Translations under genes and position numbers: made by a program | The notes under the pieces: generated by a model | The model's database searches: none | What the model saw: the letters and a program-made list of their open reading frames with translations, nothing else | Told to the model about the DNA's origin: nothing | Shown here: piece by piece, positions 60,302 to 64,000 of the stretch | Position numbering within the stretch: the first letter of the stretch is position 1 | How the letters are laid out: the number at the start of each line of letters is the position of its first letter | NCBI GenBank assembly: GCA_965287045.1 | Contig: OZ336872.1 | Coordinates: 32,550,001-32,614,000, forward strand | DNA length: 64,000 nucleotides | Direction: 5' to 3' | DNA from: Carcharhinus amblyrhynchos | Taxonomy: Eukaryota

Positions 60302-63300
60302 AATATTATCAAATAAATAGGTTGGACTAAAACCTGGTGTTGTCAGACTTTTTACTCTCCTTGATATTGTCAGGAGTGCCGTAATATAAGTGCGACAATG
60401 TTAGAAAAAGTAGAGCCGATGTGGCAAGCACACTGCTGTCAGTGGCTGCCAATTTTCTGAGCACAGACCGGCCAAAAGCTCAGCCCACCCAATCAGAACA
60501 ATGGTCTTCCCCATTCATCAAAACATTCTTCAATTTCCTACTTTCAAAACAACTATTCATGTTTGCCTATTGATACAAGTGCTGTGAAACTTGTTCCACA
60601 GTGAATGGGAGGGAGAGATTCCAGAGCCAAGAGCTCCAGAGCATTGAAACTGCTCTGTAACGTAAGAGAGTACAATCATAATTACAGCACATTATTCAAA
60701 CCAGTCCATCTGCAATTTGATGTGTTCCTACCTCCCTGCTGATTTCTCCCTCACTCCACTATAATGCTTCCCTCAATTTCTGGTCCCAAATTCTGTGCAA
60801 CTTCTTTCATCCTTTTATGTCTTTTAATGAAACTACTGACCATTTAATTTTCATCTGTCTCTTTTTACATTTTGATAAAATCACTACTCATCCATGAATC
60901 CAATTTATGTTTTAATTTTGAATTACCACCTCAATCATTCTCTCTACTTATACATCTAAGGTAAGCTTTCCCCTATTAACCATCATGGACTTCAAATTTC
61001 TAAATTTGACCAAATATCTCTTATTGGTAGCATCAAGTGGCCATGGAAATAAAAAGAAAAATTGGAAATGCAGTAAAAACATAATGTGCTTGAAACGCAT
61101 ACAGGTTCAATTTCAAAGTAAGCAGTTGGAGCTTCACATCTTAGCTCTATAGAAAACTCTTCAGTAAAACAAATCATATCAAATACTTCAACTCTACTCA
61201 TGTATTTTGTGTAGATCACTGTCTCCTGAGGATCAACTTTTAAAGGGACGTACATTTTGCCTTTCACTTCACCAATCCATTTGAGTAAAGGGGAGAAAAA
61301 ACACAAGTACTTATAAGAGCTGAATCCAAAGCTATCAAAATAAATGTGGCTCTGCAGAAGAAACTTGCCAATGAACTCTTGTAGTGCTGTTTGTGTCGAA
61401 AGACAGCAGCTTATAATGATGCTGCACAGTTGTCCTTGCATTATGAGCCAAGAAAACTGGGCTACATGCAAATATCTCACTCTGATCTTAGGCACCAGAT
61501 TGCTAGGAAATATGGTGAATCACCTCACAATGAACCGAACAGAATTCCACTTCCATAAGTGACATTGATTTTGGCAAGGCACTTCTGCAAAAGTGCGCAC
61601 AAAAAAAAACTGGCTCAATTTGAGCGTAGAATATGAAGTGAATCAAGCTTGCTGAATGACCTTTTATTTTTCCTACTTTCTTGCAGTCTTGTAATCACAT
61701 ATCCATTTTTTCATCCATATTTTGGGTTTCAAGGGTACTTTAGACCAGGGTATGAATTACTTCCAGTTGAATTTTTGAAAGGATGCGATGAAGTGGGCCT
61801 TCTCCCATTTTGTGATGGACAATATATCCATGCAGATCATTTTAGTTTCTTAATGGGAAAAAAATGTGGTTTTTTTGATAAAACTCAAAAACATACTGTT
61901 ATTGCTGGATTGTGAGATGCTTAATTTCAACCCTTTACACACAATTTAAGTACTGAAATTGTTTAATTGTTTTCTTCTTTATTGTCATGTGATATTTTAG
62001 GCTTAATCAAAATCATTGCAATATTGCTTAATTATTAACAGCTCTAAGGAACTCTTGAGAAGTGCAGTCCATTAAGGTAATCAAAAATTATTTGACAATT
62101 AATTACAACTGGATCAATATAACTCTGATATATCATTCAAGATAGATTTCTAATTGCTGTCTTTCCACCCAGTAGCTTGTTATAGTAGGATACCAATAAG
62201 CTGTAAGAGCATTAAGTATGACCTTATAATGTATTCAGTATTTCCAGCACGAGCAACAAAATAAGCACAGTCATTTGAAACCCAGACCAATAGTTACTTT
62301 ACCCTAAGAAATTGTAGTGTCATTATTCTCAATTACAGGGCTTGGTCTGGAAAAAGCATATATTGTGTTCAGACTTGACCTTTCCTATGACAAGTCTAGC
62401 AGATGAACAAACGTTGAATGTTTCATGAATTGAATTCAGAAAGGCATTCAATTTTCCATCTCCCAAATATTAGCATATTTTAACATCTTAGTACATGCAA
62501 ATTGGTCATACTTTACATTTTCACTGAATAAATTACACTTGTGGTATAATTTTCTTCTATGGCATTAATCTAATTGTTTAGTTACAATATCTGTTACAAA
62601 ACAGTCTTGCATGATCAATCCCAGTTTTCAGTTGCGCAATCTGTCACTCATTTATTGGGCAACACTGGTTGTTGGTTTTAAATACCCTATGACATTCGCA
62701 GTGGGCAATACTTAGATTAGATGATTAAACCATAAAAGAAAATAGTCAAATTAAATTTCAGAATAGAAGTGCCCAAATCTCTCAGGGCAGAGTTACACAG
62801 TTTTACTCATTCTGTCACACATTGTGTATAGAAGCAACTTAATCACAATCCTGCAATTATTCCATGATGATATCTGTCTTGTGCAGGAGATCTGAAATTG
62901 AGACCTTCAAATCCAGTATGTGGTCAAGTTTTACAATAATCTGATAACTCCCCAGACGATTTACAGTCCACCTGAAAGTGACTATACGTCTCCTTAAAGT
63001 TCAACTGCTTACTGGTAGCAGTACGAAATATGCCTAGATGGAAAGCATTTCAACTTAATTTGCAAACAAGAGAAAACTAAACTGACCACCACAGACATAC
63101 GTGGGCAACGGTTCTCCTGAATACGATCTAAGTGCTGCCACCAGCGGGGAAATTGGTGCATTTTCCACTGGTGCTCTGTAACTCTACCCTGAGAAATTTG
63201 AGCACTTTATTCTGAAATTTAATTTAACTATTTTCTTTTATGGTCTAATTATCCAATCTAATTATTGTCCACTGCTGTTGGAGCGCCAATGAGGAGGCAT

Positions 63301-63629
63301 TCAAAAACTCTAGAAGTGAAAAACTGCCCCCATGTGAATCACACCGGACAAACTCACCAGGTATGTGAGGTTCCTGAATCGGCCATTAGCTGTTCAGCTG
63401 ACATTCAAGAACAGTTCCATCTCTTCCTTCTTTGAGAATAATTGAAAGAAGAATAATGCAGTCTCACATTAACGGAGGAAGCATTTGATCTTAGATCTTT
63501 TATGAAACCAATCTTTGTGATTTGGAAATTTGTAATTACTTCTAACACTCTCATCTGTAGCAATGTCCCCAAAAAAACCTCACTGAATCCAATAACTAAA
63601 TAGCTCCCCAAAAATTTTAAAATATGGAT

Positions 63630-63753
63630 GCCAGAATTCTACCACCCTGCTCACTATGGAATCTGAGCAGGCAAGGGCCAGAGAATGGAAATGTCCGTTG
63701 ACCTCAGGTGGGATTTTCTGGCCTCAAGTCGAGCAAGGCCATATAATCCCGCC
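63630..63753. mobile_element. MITE (family B)
   Basis: gccagaattctaccacc...ataatcccgcc; core shared with 17395. Confidence 0.6.
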
Positions 63754-64000
63754 TGTAATATCACGGATATCAAACCTATAATTTTCCTGATTAAAATTGC
63801 ATCTCAATTGTTCTATCTTTTACATATACCCATGATAATAGAATTGCATTCTAAAATTGCACCTAGTACAGCAGCAACCATATGGCACAGTGCACTGAGC
63901 TTTTGAGTTTGTTTTCAATAAAGTAGAGAGATATAGAATAGCACATATGATGTCTCACGAGTTACTATCAACTAATTATTGGAAGACAAACACTCCCCCA

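Larger units (their letters stand above)
60101..60356. mobile_element. Very young Penelope-like fold-back insertion: a perfect 108-bp-arm palindrome with two hammerheads
   Basis: TSD ctccttgatatt (60089-60100 / 60357-60368); arms 60140-60247 and 60249-60356 are exact reverse complements. Confidence 0.93.

Noticed and set aside
60140-60356. Palindrome interpreted as a DNA-transposon MITE or assembly fold-back artefact
   Set aside because: It has asymmetric ends, a variable centre among copies and long 12-18 bp TSDs at several independent loci, which favours retro-insertion; raw reads should still be checked
60992-61495. 167-aa minus-strand ORF
   Set aside because: No recognisable domain, composition typical of AT-rich non-coding DNA, no convincing splice boundaries
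61670-61915. Strong polypyrimidine/AG acceptor at ~61686 and the following ORF
   Set aside because: No recognisable peptide and no strong matching donor
63285-63366. Possible + strand exon ending CAG|GTATGT
   Set aside because: Weak acceptor and unrecognised peptides; such motifs are expected by chance in 64 kb

Overview
This is repeat-dense, AT-rich vertebrate DNA, almost certainly intronic or intergenic sequence from a shark or ray: it contains HE1-type V-SINEs, Deu-domain SINE remnants and many CR1 LINEs. I could not recognise any host protein-coding gene. Every interpretable ORF is a transposon remnant (CR1, a second CR1/L2-group LINE, Rex1/Babar, RTE, Harbinger Myb/SANT). The standout signal is a family of short, young, fold-back insertions with 12-18 bp target-site duplications (3938, 12146, 36824, 38192, 45844, 60101). 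They carry minimal type I hammerhead ribozyme motifs (CUGACGA-stem II-GAAA-palindromic stem III), on both strands in the intact fold-back copies, and appear to derive from the pseudo-LTR of a Penelope-like element. A second, older hammerhead-bearing family lies at about 10.9 kb and 16.9 kb. Other oddities are a CR1 whose 3' UTR contains a V-SINE body, a V-SINE with a Rex1-like tail, an RTE with a twin-priming-like inversion, and a perfect 32-bp hairpin. Family names come from recalled motifs, not database searches, and the boundaries of old repeats are approximate.
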